Positions 1 to 13,927 of a DNA stretch of 64,000 nt are shown piece by piece. The DNA is taken from the NCBI GenBank assembly GCA_051362555.1, contig CM120644.1, positions 11,120,567-11,184,566 of the forward strand. Reading direction: 5' to 3'. The position numbers and the translations under genes were made by a program. Below the pieces are notes generated by a model that was given only the letters and a program-made list of their open reading frames with translations, made no database searches and had not been told where the DNA came from. This DNA is from Lingula anatina (Eukaryota > Animalia > Brachiopoda). Numbering within the stretch: position 1 is the stretch's first letter; each line of letters opens with the position of its first letter.

Positions 1-479
1 CTCTCTCTCTCCTGTTGCATCAAGGGGTAAAGTCCCTGACTAAGACAAGATGGGACAGTATTCGGTCTAAAACATCCTTGTCTGAACAGTAATGAAAGGC
101 AGAATTGCAGTAGGATGGCACGTGGGAGTCTTCTTCCTGCTTAAAATCATCAAATCCTATGAAAAATGATAGAAATGTAATGTATCCTTCATATCTAACA
201 TTAAACCCCAGTTCAGCAACAGCAGGGGTGATTCAATTGTCTCCTTTGTAGTTCAAATAATTATCCGTCTTTGTTTTCTTCTTGGAATCATGACATAAAA
301 GCCACCTCACACTGTGGGATAAAAGCTTAGCTACCAGCCTTGGAGCCGAGCAGCTCAGCTCCTTGCCAGGTTCTACTGACTGCATGTAAATGAATTAAAA
401 TTATGTTCTATTTACTGATTACTTTAAGCATCTTTTTGCTAATATTTCACTTATTTTAATCCTTGTATCACTTCTAATT

Positions 480-2560
480 TATTTTTGTTTTTACATTTTA
501 TCACAGTCCAGTGTACATATTGAGACTTTCTCTTAAAGGTGAACCCATATGACCTTTAAAAGATTTCATTGTGGGTTTTTTAATACAATTATACTTTAAA
601 TTAAAACCCAATATTAAATTACCAAGATATCAGAAAGAGGTTCTATCAAACTTCATAAAAAGGGGAGTCAAATTGAAACAACCTAATAAACCAAAGGTTA
701 CATGTGAGAGCTCCCAGAAGCCATACATATGCTCCTTTACAATCAAATTATAATGGACGTATATATCCTTGGAAATCTTCCAAGACTCTGCTTTGTCTGA
801 GATCTTCAATTATTAGGGTTTCCGGCTCAAAATAACCTTATTAATAGATGCATAATTGAAAAAAATCCATACCTGTCATTTTTAAACCAATTACTTTATC
901 TTAAATGTCCTTCACTGCAAATCTTTGAAATAGAAAGGTCATGAACTGGCAGGTATTTATCTGTTAGTAATTGGTTGAACTTGCTGCCTTCAATCAAATG
1001 TACCTACTAAACCTTGCTTATTATTTCAAATCTTCTCAAATCCTCTGAAATTAAAGATGTGAGGTAAGCCGTCTTGATCAGTGGGTGTCAAGCTTAACAG
1101 TGGCCTTTTTAACTCCACAACCTGTCAATCAAAACTTGGGGGGAAACCAACAAACGGCGACGCTCCATTAAATTAGAGCGATCAATTATTGTGGTACAAT
1201 AATGGGAAACCAGTGTATTTAAGAAGTACATTAGAGTCCACCTGACATGTATTAATATTAGTTTTTGCCAACCTAGATCTGCCACTGAAAATAACACTAA
1301 GATATGGCGTCAATTTTTATTGCTAGTAAAACAAGCTTTTAGGTAACAACAGCACAAAACTGGACAAATAGTAGAACCAGTGAAATCATGACAAAGTCAT
1401 CCAATGGAGATGACAAAACTATCACTTCAAAAATAAAGTTAAAGACCTACTAGGATAACAATCAAGTATGAAAAAAAAAACGAATGAATTAAAAATGATG
1501 ACCTCCATTGCATTTTTGAAAGCATGATAAGTATTAACAGTTTCAATTTAAGGATAACTTTAACTTTAAAAAAATAAGAACTGACAGTAGTAATAAGGGT
1601 AGCCAGTCTAAAATCACTTAAGTCAGATTAAACACTAAACAATACCAGATTTAACCAGACAATTTCTTCAATAAGCGCCTTTTTTAACAACATCACCTCA
1701 AGTCACATGCTAAACCAATTTCAACTTTAAGACACACGTAGCTTAAATTCTATCCAAAATCTGTCCGCAGTAATAAAAATGGACAACCCAAATGCACTTA
1801 GTTAAATTATAGATGCCATTATGGAGCAATATCATATTATAACTAAGGGTTTCCCCTGTGGAGCATTTTTCAAAAAAACATCCGAACAATTTGATATTCA
1901 ATCATTTTTAGTTTAAAAATAAGATATAAGATAACCCCATCTGACCACAGTCTGTCAGAACTATTAACAAAAGCAGATGACTTTGCTTTACTAAACGAAA
2001 TTAAATACTTCACCAATGACAGGTTGGATGCAAAGAAATCCCAGAAAATCCATTTCATCATTTTCCAAAATGTCATATCCATCAGGTATGGTGTGGTCAG
2101 TGCTTAAAAAGCTTAAAGATGACCTTCAGTGTCTTAAGTCTGACATCCTTAACAATAAAAGAGCACAACCTCATCATATTAGTGCTTAAACCTTAAAGGA
2201 TTTATGACTATCCCAAAAGCCTTCCGCACTTTAACTGGAGAGTATACTTAAATATCCACCATTCCACAAGTAATCCAGCTTCAAGTTGTCCTTCAACTCT
2301 CTCAAGTACCAATACCAGGACCAACCTTGACTGCCCTTTTTTTCAAAAGTATGTTGTTAGGAAATCTACCTTTAGGATATACATTGCTTTTGCGAATGTG
2401 AGTCACTTCAGCTATTTTAGACATTGAAAAACAAGGCCATTCTTGGTCCACCCCTAATGGTCTGTACATAAAAACAGGCTTATAGGTCATTACCATACAT
2501 TAATTAAACCTCTGTGACATAGGAAAGAATGTTGAAATTCCAGGTTAGTTAATTCTTTTT
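480..2560 (-). mobile_element. Heavily decayed LINE ORF2-like remnant (possibly L1/Tx1 clade), perhaps continuing at 4200-4790
   Basis: Broken minus-strand frames with relic motifs GPGI(W)-like (~2310) and QGKPL (~1850, cf. RT QGxPLS); many stops. Confidence 0.35.
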
Positions 2561-2624
2561 GCTACCACAGAGGTCTTGTATGCCTTTCTATAACAGCATA
2601 GCAATCTGATTGTCTAGTCACATA

Positions 2625-4092
2625 CGGTAATTCTCCAATCTATACGAACGATTAAAATTAATTATTTTTGGAAGATAATCATTTTGTTCGTAAGGCTTGA
2701 AATTCAGTCTGCTAAAAATTGCCACGCGTTCGTATCCATTGAAATACGAATGGAATACGGCTGTACCGGAAATTATCTCCACTTACCTACATTGCTAAGT
2801 GTAAGCATTACTTTCAGATTAAATCACTGTGATCAGCTTTTAGCACAAACAAATTATTCTTGCGATATTGCAATGAATGAAAACAAACTAAACAAAAGTC
2901 GGGAATTCAAGTTAAGAAACAATTCCTTCATACTAAAGAGGTACATTTCTCCCAAGACAAGACAACATCGTTTTTCCCTGTTATGTTTTACCAAGACAGG
3001 ACAACATCGTTTTTCCCAACTTCTGTCAAAAACAGACAAGAATATTTGCGTATCCAGTTGCATATTTTATTTAATGCGTATTTACTTTTAATATGATTTC
3101 ACATATAGAAAATCTGCAATATTAATAATGTCACACACACCCCATTTGGCCTACATAAATTTCTTCCGCCAAAACAAAATACTTGAAACTCCTCACAGTA
3201 GATATCACTGACGTTAATAGAGATTATACTTGATATGAAAAATAACATCAGCTCAATTCACGTCTATTTATGTAAGTCTTTTACAGCATATTAATTTGCA
3301 CGCAATCAATGTAAACTTAATCAGAAAAAATACAGAAAACTGCAGGTAAATTTGTATAAAGTCATACGGCACCTTTATTTTTCACAATCACCAATATCAG
3401 TAAGGTTTACCTAATAGTTGTTCATGAGACAAGGTCTTTAACAAGGAAAAACAAACAAACAAAAAAGCATGAACTTTATCACAACTCAAATTAGAAAAAG
3501 AAATACAATACAAGACAGAACTCCTCTTAAAAAATTTAATTTCCTAATGACTACCAAAAACAAAGAAAAACTCGATCATTGACTATGGATTTCTCATACT
3601 CTTCTGTTCTGCGTGGGTTTCACGTTTATAGATTTTACTGGAAACCAGTTATCGGTGAAACACCGATGGTGGATGTTGATGATCAGTCGGCCGGCAGAAG
3701 TTAAGAAATGATAATAAACAGTAAGTAATTTATGTGTACTGATGCTTTCAATAATTTCTAAATAACAATAGGGTTTTAAAACTGGCCTGCAGCTGCCGGC
3801 GGGCAGGTTGAGTCCTTCTATCGTCTCATTCAAAAACAGCACAAATACATGATAACAATCTCTCCTGTCAAGTGGCATTTCCTTTGTTTGGAACGGTGGT
3901 CTGAAAACTCGCTTTGACGAATCATGGGGCGAGTTTCAATTGGGCACACTTTCTTGCGTTCGGAAAATTTAAATTGTGCCCAAGGTGAGTTTAGCGATCG
4001 TTCGTACAGAACGGAGACAAAAAATTCAGATTCAGAGAAAAAACGTTTCGTTCGTAATTATTGCGGCGTTCGTATAGATTGGAGAATTACCG
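2625..4092. mobile_element. Non-autonomous TIR DNA transposon, TA TSD (Tc1/mariner-type)
   Basis: 26-bp perfect TIR CGGTAATTCTCCAATCTATACGAACG flanked by TA; no transposase ORF seen. Confidence 0.85.
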
Positions 4093-4120
4093 TACATAAA
4101 GTTACTTTACTCATTTGAGT

Positions 4121-4151
<31 letters not shown>

Positions 4152-5149
4152 TAAACAAACATATGTACAAACTTTGCTGTTTGTTCAAGTAAACAGGTTC
4201 AGGCCTTGCTGCTAGTATGGACTGACTCCTATCACAACACTATCTCTGCAATTATCAAATTAAACAAAAGCATTCATTCCTTATTCTAACACCTTTTCAG
4301 TCGATTATCAAACAGAAATTGATAAACATGACTGTCCCAATGATAAAATACTAAGAATTAAACTCAGCATAAATGGTTTCATTTCATTTGACAACCCAAT
4401 ACATAAATGAATATATCAAATTATTAAACTAAAGGCTAAATTTCCAAGAAAATTAATCCCAACATCCAAGTCGACGTTGATAAAGACTTTTATTCATAAA
4501 CAAAGACATCAGTAAATTATCAGACTTGGCACCCTACCCATCTAACTGAATTTTCTTCTGACAATTAAATCAATACACACAGCTTTTATTCCAAGTGTCT
4601 TGCTACTGGGTGTAAATTTAGAAACCTTCATCTCATCAATTTCTTCAAATTTCAAACAGATTTTAGAACAACTGACTGCAAATCTTACAAAGATCTGCCG
4701 TATTCACTTTTGCAAGGAATCTGAGGAGCCTTTAAAATATTCATTCATTTTTTTTATTGATTCATTCTACTTAAGTTTATTTTAGTTTATTGTATTTTAC
4801 TATTTTTTGAGTCTTCAAACAAAGTTCAAAGATGCTAAACTTACTGGCCTTGACCCTGACACCTGCTGACCTTGGTGACCTTGGTCAACTTGGATACGTG
4901 AAGGGCATTTAATTTACCTACTCATTTGAGAAAATGTCGGCTATTGATATTGCTCATGTGACATTATGAATGGTAATTTTTCTTTAAATCTGAAGACACC
5001 AAAGTAATAAACACAAAATTGCATGCCAAGTGTTGGTTGGACATATTTTTCGAGCAAACAATATCACCTACCTTGAAATATATGATGTTTAGAATGAGTC
5101 AGACGTTTGATTTTGTTGAGGTATTATCACTGTCGGATATGTAAGGTTA

Positions 5150-5598
5150 GAGAGCATTCACATCATGAAGAGCCAAGGTCTAGCAAGGCCAAGACCATAA
5201 AGAAAGACCACGTAATCCTTTAATCAGGCCTACCCAACTACCAGACTCGGCACCGAATGATGAGTGTGTGTCAGATCGCATTACACAGTATCATACCCTG
5301 AACAAATTTTGAGTGGTGATGCAATGCTTTTCAACCCCGCTGAGAATTGTCACTATCACATCGCGTACTAGGCAAGAGCGGTGTCACGTCCGATACTGTG
5401 AAATGCGATCTGATACACACCTTGAAAACGTGTAGTGTGGTCTGATCTACCGGTGAATTCAGGATCATTCGGTGCCGAGTCTGGTAGTTGGGTAGGCCTG
5501 TTAATAGTCTCTCAATGAATGTCAATGAATGTCATTGAGAGACCATATTTAGGTCTCGGCCTTGCTAGACCTAGGCTCTTCTCGATGTGAATGCTCTC
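5150..5598. mobile_element. Foldback MITE, TTA TSD (PIF/Harbinger-type)
   Basis: GAGAGCATTCACATC/GATGTGAATGCTCTC termini, long interrupted inverted arms, TTA on both sides. Confidence 0.85.
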
Positions 5599-8500
5599 TT
5601 AGAAGACTGTAGAACACCACCCATACATTTTGCACCACACAGAATCATGACAATAACAGTAGATCTTAACTTTTATCAGTATCTTAGAAAAATGACAGAG
5701 AAATGCTTTTTTCCTCTTATTCAACTCAAATTGTGAAAATAAGGCCATCATTAATCAAAAATGAAAAAAAAAATGAAGACATGCCATCAGCAGCAGACAT
5801 CAGTTCACGCTGCTTTCAAGTGCCATATTGATTTTTGCTATCAGTTTTAGACAGGCAACCTGGCAGAAAAAAGCTTTATTTGATCACGGAAGACTCCGAT
5901 TAGAAAAAATGAAAACACTTCTTCAGCAAAAAATTACAGTAAAATTAAAGAAAATATGTCAAATAATGATATTACTGAAACTTGGAAAAAAAAACCCTTC
6001 ACCAAATGAAGGCAATTTAATTTTGCTTAAAAAAAAAGGAATAAATATATAATTGTGTTCAATGAGTTGTGTGATGCGTCCACTTCAGTAACTACTATAA
6101 GTATTTTTGGTAAAATCGCTCACCTTAATGTGTTTAATGCCTTCAGTATAAAAATGCAGCTTTTCTTTTCTTCTTCTCACAAGCTACCTGCAAAGAAATA
6201 AAAGTAGAGCTTGACAACTTTCTGATATTGCTATTTGTAATACCATACAATCATGTGTCAGCGTCTCCCTGCTAGTCGGTTTAAACAATCTTGCCTTCCC
6301 TCCGTCTCAGCATAACATCTTCTGCAATGCGCTTTCTGCCTTTTCCTTCTTAAAATTCACAATGGATCAAACCAAACAGAGCATGTTCTCTCAAACAAAA
6401 AAGCAGATAGACATAATTCAATTATCTTTAGGTTATGCCTGTTACATCAGGCATAAATATCGTGCCTCCTGGGACTAGAGAGTTATGTGGCCAAAGTTGA
6501 TAATACAACCTTAAGTACATTAATAAAGCAAAGCAAAAAAAAAAAAAAAAAAAAAAGACTTGGTCTTCTGAAACTAATTGTGCTCTTAAATGTTGTACAA
6601 ACAATAAAAAGAAAAATTATTTTCTTGTGGCAAAAAAATAATGATAAAAAATTGTCTGCATCTGCCCTTGGCACAGATTCAAAATACCATTTATCGGCAC
6701 TTCACACTTCACATAAAATTGCCTTGCAGTGCACAAGAGTTATATAAGTCCAGTGATTGTACAATACTGAACTGCAATGTACATAGCCAAAAAAAAACTT
6801 TCACAAACAACGAAACTGAAAATACCACATTTTGAAGCCATCTGCGCATCTTTAAAAACACACTAAAAAGACAAATAACACTTAAAATCAGCAGCCAAAA
6901 GCTAAAATTTTGTCAAGTACTTTAAATTTTCGATCATCATCACTACCTTGAGACAACTAGAGTGTGGGTGGGTGTGGGCCCACACAATACCAATATTTCC
7001 TCACACTCAATGTATGGCAGTGTATTCAATTAGCCTTCAACAATATATAGATATTTGATATTTGATGGTTTTTTTAGCTGATTTCCAGCTAAAAGGAAAA
7101 GTAGATGAATTGTTTGCATAAATACAAAATGTGATATGTGAGCAATGGTCATGGAAACGACTTTACTGCACTGTTGTGAAAAGTCAACGAAAGAAACTTA
7201 AGATCTTTGCATTGAAGCATACAAAGGCAAGCAATGGAAAATGAGTTTCGTTCAGGCTGCGTGAAACCTGAAAGAACTGATCTGAAGCATGTTCTTTATA
7301 TACTGTGCTTTGAATGAGCTGAAGAACCAACAGTCACCACGGGTGGTAAGGAAAAGTATCAAAAACCTTCAAAATTCGAGGAAGTGTCTTTTGACAACAG
7401 TTTGCAAAGCATTTCATTTCAAGTATGTCCTCTTTGTGTAACGACAAACTGAAGCAAACAATGGCATCAGAGTACATATAACCTTTTTGAAGTTCTTTGA
7501 TGACAAAATATCATACAAGGAGATTGGTAAAACCTTCAAGTGTTTTGTACTGAACAAAATGCTATTCAATATTCAAGTCAAATACCAGCTAAGTGTGGGA
7601 TGCAGCGACTTCTAAAATAAGACAAACATCACAGTGAGAGAACTCTCTCTTCAAAAGATTTTTTCAAAAGAGGTGTTTTCTTTTTGATTCACATAAAACA
7701 ATAGCAGCAAGTTACTTACGATTATTAATATTTTGAAAAAGATTTGACACATGCTTTTACTTTTCAATTCTGGTTACTAGTTAGAAATTCCAAAGTTTGA
7801 ACAATCTAAAGTAAATGCTATCTTTGGCAATTGCTCAAAATGGGGAATTTTTTCCACATATTTCAGTTGTTTGTCAACACTTTTTTCTTAAAAACCTTCT
7901 TGACACAAGATCGTGCACAGTACCCTAGTGGTAAATCATTAAAAATACTTGTTATTTCCAATCCAGCTTATAACAATCAAATCTACTGTCAGTAGCAATA
8001 CCACTAATAACTAAGGCCATTTTTACATGGACCAGTACAATTATTGGGACTGAAACACTTAGACTGGTTCTGACATTTAATAACGCTACAAGTGGGTTTA
8101 TTCCCTTTCACAAATTCGCCTTTTGGTTGTTTGGACAGAAAGTCTTATTGGCAATACACAGCTCAAATTTAATCCCTACAACTGGCTGTGCTAAGCATGG
8201 GGTAGGGGAGATGGAGGGTGGGGGTGGGGAGGGGTCTGTTTTAGCAAGTCTCTTATGTAACAGAAGTAACCATTCTATTAATTTGTCAATCTACCAAAGT
8301 ACGGTATTTCAATACTGATACATGAACAACTCGATGTGGAAAGGGCCCAATGTCTCCTATTCTTAGCAGATCTTACATCCTAAAATTTTCTTTCAGGAAA
8401 AAAAAAAAAACACCATGCAGACAAGCCTCATTATCAGACCCTCACCTTCTGCTAAGACACTTAGGCAGTCTTACAAAAACTGCTGGAAGAAATTATATGC

Positions 8501-8948
8501 TAAATGTTCTGCCACCAAAATGTCAAAGTCGTTTTACCCCTTCATTTCCTTGAAATTCTGGTAAATAGACAGTGATCAATTGCCAGTTTGTTTTTTTGGG
8601 AATGTTCAGGGCTCTTCAGGCATCTTCAAATTGCTTCAGAAACTATTTGCTTACTGTGCAGCTATTTTAGCGATGACCTTCTTCTCGATCACTTGCCAAT
8701 GCAAATTTCTTCCCTGTATCTCTTTCAAGATCTGGGAGACCTGTACTTCCTCTCATTTTCCAGTAGTCTGTCAATATTCTGAAGTCAAGTATGTTTCCAT
8801 GAAAAGATTAGCAGAGCTCTAGGCATTTTCCTTGTTGATCCTTCTGTGTAAGTTCAACCTGGGTGACAACCATTTCAACCTAAGACCAGCTTTGATTATA
8901 AGGTTAACACAGGAGGTGTTAAGAGAAGGGCAAAAGGTGACACTCGTA

Positions 8949-9158
8949 GGCCACATTCACAACAGAAGTTGATCCACAGAATAACAGATCCGCGGATCAC
9001 ATGTATATGACCGACCCAACAGAAAGCTTATCTTTTAATCCCCTGGGGGAATCAATTCAGTGTCTATATGAGGATTATGCAGCAAACTTTCAAGTAGATC
9101 GGCCATATTTGATCCATGGATCAGTTAGTCTATGGATCAACTGGTTGTGAATGCAGCC
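8949..9158. mobile_element. Degenerate PIF/Harbinger-type MITE
   Basis: GGCCACATTCACAAC/GTTGTGAATGCAGCC termini with internal inverted GATCC motifs. Confidence 0.6.
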
Positions 9159-9786
9159 ATATTATATCAACACCCAGATCCCTTACCAGATCTCAATAAG
9201 CTTCCACAATACTTCAATATTGGGAGTTCTTTTCTGAATTCATCTGCACTTTCTAGTTCCTTTGATTAAAGTTATTTCCAGGAATCAAGCTATTAATTCT
9301 GCAATTATGCAAAAATGAAAATATCGGACTGTTTAAACACAGGCTACACACACAAGTCAAAAATTGAATTGAAGTCTGGGTCTGAACTTGTGTCAATCTG
9401 ATAAAAAGCCATTTGGAAGCTCAAGGGGACATTTTCACAGCATGTGGCCAATAAGTCAGCTGAGACCTATTGCAATCGACTTTTACCACCAAGACACCTT
9501 CATGCACTATAACCTTCAAAAAATCACCAAACGTACCCCACATAAGTTCAGAACTGATCCAAAATACAATAAGAGTGAAAGCAGCAACCAGTTTCTGCAT
9601 AGAAAGGAGACGTTTTCATGAATCTAGAATTGCATATCAACAAAAAAATGGAAATTGCTCAAATCTACAGCAATAACTAGATCAGTCAGTGATACCAACC
9701 CATGTCATTATACCAACTGGCCATGAATACACTACCAAGGGCTCATTCCCAATAAAACTATTACTTCAGATTAATACAACTCCTCG

Positions 9787-9965
9787 GGGACTCTTGCTGA
9801 GTGCAATCAGATTAACAGATTAACACACCTCTTCTTGGCATTGAACAAAAAGCAATGCTTTATTTTGCTTTCTCTGTGAATGGTAATTGAAGTATAATAC
9901 AAATATGTTGGGAACAAGAAAAGGCATGTTAATCTCTTAATCTGATTGCATTCAGCGAGAGTCCC
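9787..9965. repeat. Imperfect ~55-bp inverted repeat (MITE relic)
   Basis: GGGACTCTTGCTGAGTGCAATCAGATTAAC..GTTAATCTCTTAATCTGATTGCATTCAGCGAGAGTCCC. Confidence 0.7.
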
Positions 9966-12571
9966 TGCAGAGTTGGATCGACCTATGTAAAGTGATAATT
10001 TCATCAAGAATGAGCCATACGTAGCAGTCTCTAAGGCCAGCTTCATAAAAAGGCTATAGCCTGAGATTTCCCCAAGTCCTCTTAAAAAGACTTTGTGTTT
10101 ATCTGAAACAACTGTCATGCCTCTCATCTTTTAAAGGAGATATGTTATGTCATTTAATTGGAATACTGCTAAATCTACTTGGTGCCAAAGTGGACGAAAA
10201 CCTGGGTCTAAAAGTTTAAACCATTTGGGTCTAAAAGTTTAAACCTATAGCTTCTTTGTGAACCAAGCCACAGCTCCTCAAATGTAAATGAACTTTTTTT
10301 CTCTCCCTTCCCTGCATATAACTCAATATCCCAGCCCAAGACTGGAATAAGTGATCATGAAACGAGCCAATTTCACAGACTTCTACATGACAATTTACGC
10401 AAATGGCTGATACTCTTGAATTGCATGCAACAAAAAGATCAGCAAGTATCAATCTTGATAGAATAATTTTTCCCCTTGATATTTTTTTTCATTTTGCTTT
10501 CTCTGTGAATGGTATTGAAGTATAATTTTGATTGCTTCTCTTGATGGGCATTAAAAGCTGTTTTTTTTTTTGTTTGTTTTTTTTTAATACAAAATTTTTG
10601 CTTTATAGCTAAATTTAGGGTTTATGTGACTGGTTAAAATGGAAGTATAAACATCTAAAATGGCAAAGCAAAGCCAATTTTAGAAATGCTTATCACTATT
10701 AACTATGTACAAGATAACTGAATAACAAGAAGTCTGATACTAACCTTGAATTACAGATAAAAAATGAGAAAAACTCAAATTTAGAATGATGCATGTGTCA
10801 GTCCGCTCTATGATGATTACGTAAAATGAAACGTGATTACAATTACACTGCAGGATACTTTTTTCTTTCCTTTTTCTGCAAATTACTCATGATCTTTTCC
10901 CACCATGGCTCATTACCAGAGCTCAAGTCTCCCTTTAATACCATGAAAATGAGCCAATTTCAAGGAAATATACATGGCAATTTCTACAAATGCCTCGGCC
11001 TCCAACTGGCATGCAACAAAAAGACTCATACAGTCAACCCTGCTTGAAGAATATTGCTTTTTCTTTTCTCCTTATTTCAATTTCTCTGAATGGTACTCAG
11101 GCCTTCTCAACTTGTGTCACAAAGTAATTGTTTCGGTCGAAGAGAATTACTCCAGTGGTTTTTAAACACATTATCCAATATCTACTCAAATGAACAACAA
11201 TATGATACTAGTAGACTTAAGAAGCTGCACAGAGGCAAATGAAATAAAAAGTTTTGTTTCAAATTGATAAGATAGCCTGACATCTGTTTTAACAATGCTG
11301 CCATCGTGGTGTCCAAAGGTACCATGATGGTCCATTTGCATGCCAGACTTGGTCTGTATGGTTTCTCATGCTATTTGATGATTGACCATTTTCAATTACC
11401 AAGGCCAACAATTGATTCCTAAACTATCTTGGTATTTGATTATTGTTCTGGGTCAGAACTGTCCTTTGGGGTCATTATGACCAAGGTACCTTTGAGCCAA
11501 ATATGACCAATGGTCAACCAAGGTATTATGTGGCTAATGGTGGTCAGCTACAGCCATATTTCATCTGAGGACAATGCTGACCTCATGGCACAAGCAAACA
11601 GTAGGGGAGAGTTTAAACTGATTGCATTATTTCCTGCAGAGACCAAATCAGAAGGATAGGACACACTATACACATTACAGCTATTGCTGTAGTTTCTTGA
11701 TCTTTTTTCTGAAGCTAATATTATTGACTATGGCCATTAATTTCATAAAAAATCAATGTAAATATCTCTTAAAATAGGCTCCATTAGATCTAAGAATCAA
11801 TGGGAGTCCCTTCGTAATGAAGAGATTAATACACACATCGCAGTCAGGATGCATGATACGTGTGAGAGAACAGTGACAGGAGAAGATAGCTCTGACTGGG
11901 GAAAGAGGATCTCTCCCTCTCCCTCTCTCGCTTCATTATCAATCAGCAATTTATTACTTGTGATTAAATAAAAATGAATCAATAATTAATCTTTTGTTCA
12001 ATAATGAATGCTAGAAGTCCAAGTTCACAATTGGCATGGAATCGGAAGATTATCAAGGTTCCACTTTTGGCAACTTTAAAGGGCCCCAGTTAACTTTCTT
12101 CACCCTTTTTTTTCTATAAAATATGTTTGACTTTTATCAAAAATGAACCAAAATGGTTCCATTTGAAAAGAATTAAAGGACACACTGCTATTCATCAAAA
12201 TTCATTTCTGAAAGGGGCTTGTCCTCAAGCTTCAATATTTTACTTTACAAGAAAATGCATGAAGGATTGCAAGTTTTAATCCACTGACTGCACAAAGTAA
12301 CATATCATGTTCTTGGAAAAGCTATTTCTAACCATATCTCGTTAATAAATCATCAACACTACATTACCCAAAGAACTGGTTATCACTTCAATATTGATTC
12401 TGAAATTTTTTTCACTTGAAAATTAATGGATTTCTCTTTCACAAACCAGTGAGCATGCATTACGCATGTAGCTCACTAAAAGGCACATTCATAGTCTAAT
12501 TGAGATGCTTTAATTTAGTACCACAGTAGTTCAGCCAATTTTGAGCACTTGTATTTAGAACAGCAGACTAA

Positions 12572-13128
12572 GACCGCATTCTCAAAGAATTGAGCCAGGC
12601 TTTACAAATCCTGAGAACTAAAAATGGCGGACGTACATGAAAGAAAAACCGCCTAATCTTTTATTAGTCTCTCCGCCTCTCACACGCCTCCCCACACGTC
12701 GTCCCTGCGGGGTACAGTAATTAAATCTCGGCTCCGAACATGAATATCTCCATGAATATCTCTGGTGATATTATCTCCGTAGATAGTCGATTCATTGTTG
12801 CTCTACGGGCCAATTCATTCCTTTTTTGTCTCTGTTTTGAAAGATAATAGAACAGAAGAGCTATTTTCCTTCGATCGCCTTCAGCCGCCATGCTTTCTTC
12901 ACCACGAGTTTAACTGATGAGCATGCGCAGTTAATATTTCTCAGGTAGCTTCCGCATGGCGAACGGGGCCGAGATTTAATTACTGTACCCCGCAGGGACG
13001 ACGTGTGGGGAGGCGTGTGAGAGGCGGAGAGACTATTAAAAGATTAGGCGGTTTTTCTTTCATGTACGTCTGCCATTTTTAGTTCTCAGGATTTGTAAAG
13101 CCTGGCTCAATTCGTTGAGAATGCGGCC
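12572..13128. mobile_element. 557-bp MITE with ~165-bp TIRs, TAA TSD (PIF/Harbinger-type), nested in an older palindromic MITE (~12552-13293)
   Basis: Near-perfect long inverted arms; TAA at 12569-12571 and 13129-13131. Removing it rejoins the left arm of an outer palindrome that matches 13232-13292. Confidence 0.9.
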
Positions 13129-13927
13129 TAACAAATCTGTGGATCAAATATGGCAACCCCACTGAAATGCTTGCTGCTTAATTCCCAATTAGACAATTCC
13201 CATACAATAGATTCTCCCATGGATTACACAACAAGCATTTGAGTGGGTCAGCCATATTTGATTTACACATTTGTTAGTCCACTGTTCTGAATGCCCTCTT
13301 TGATTACAATCATTACAACAGCTGGTCAATCTAATCACTCAAATGTCCCACACATAGTATTCTCACCATGTTAACCCTGAGCAATTTTGTTTTACTCTTC
13401 AAAATAAATAGTAAACAACAGTAGTGGAAAATTAATTTTTTTTCCCTGACATATTCAGCTAGCTACTTTTTTCCTTACACAACATATACAACATTTATAC
13501 CAATGTTTAAAATAGCTCATTACTTCCTACCTATTTAACATTCATTTCCCCTCCATATTTTCCAGCATACAGCCCTGGTATCTTAGTAATTCATCTTATT
13601 TCCATCAAGGATGATTAACCACCACAATTCATTAAATAAACCACCTTTTTAAACTGGTCTGTTTTAGACTATTCTAATCCAAATAGATCATTTATGAATT
13701 AGGACACATCACTAGACACTGCCGTGTGTCACTACACAGCATTCCAAAGACAAAGTAAGCACATGGTTTCCTTGGAGCAAAGTTCTTAAAAAGAGGGTAG
13801 GGCCATGACCCCCCCTCCTCCCACTTCTCCCTTTCTCCCTGCTGATTTGATTGGCAGAACCTAGTGAAAGAAAACTGTCCCAATAGGAATAAAGCGAGAT
13901 GACCCTGGCACCTGAATTTACACCTTA

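Larger units (their letters stand above)
20..8557 (-). other. Candidate exons of an unidentified minus-strand transcript (mostly non-coding or 5' UTR)
   Basis: Well-formed acceptor/donor pairs at about 8557-8446, 6187-6124 and 4989-4918, plus an acceptor at 157. Most frames contain stops. An ATG (MQQERE..) at 20-18 runs off the window edge. Confidence 0.3.

Noticed and set aside
20-156. Terminal coding exon (FDDFKQEEDSH..VRDFTP*)
   Set aside because: Open for 44 codons, but no recognisable homology or compatible upstream coding exon; equally consistent with UTR
2684-3878. ORFs inside the TA-flanked transposon as a transposase
   Set aside because: No DDE or HTH-like sequence recognisable; short and non-coding-like
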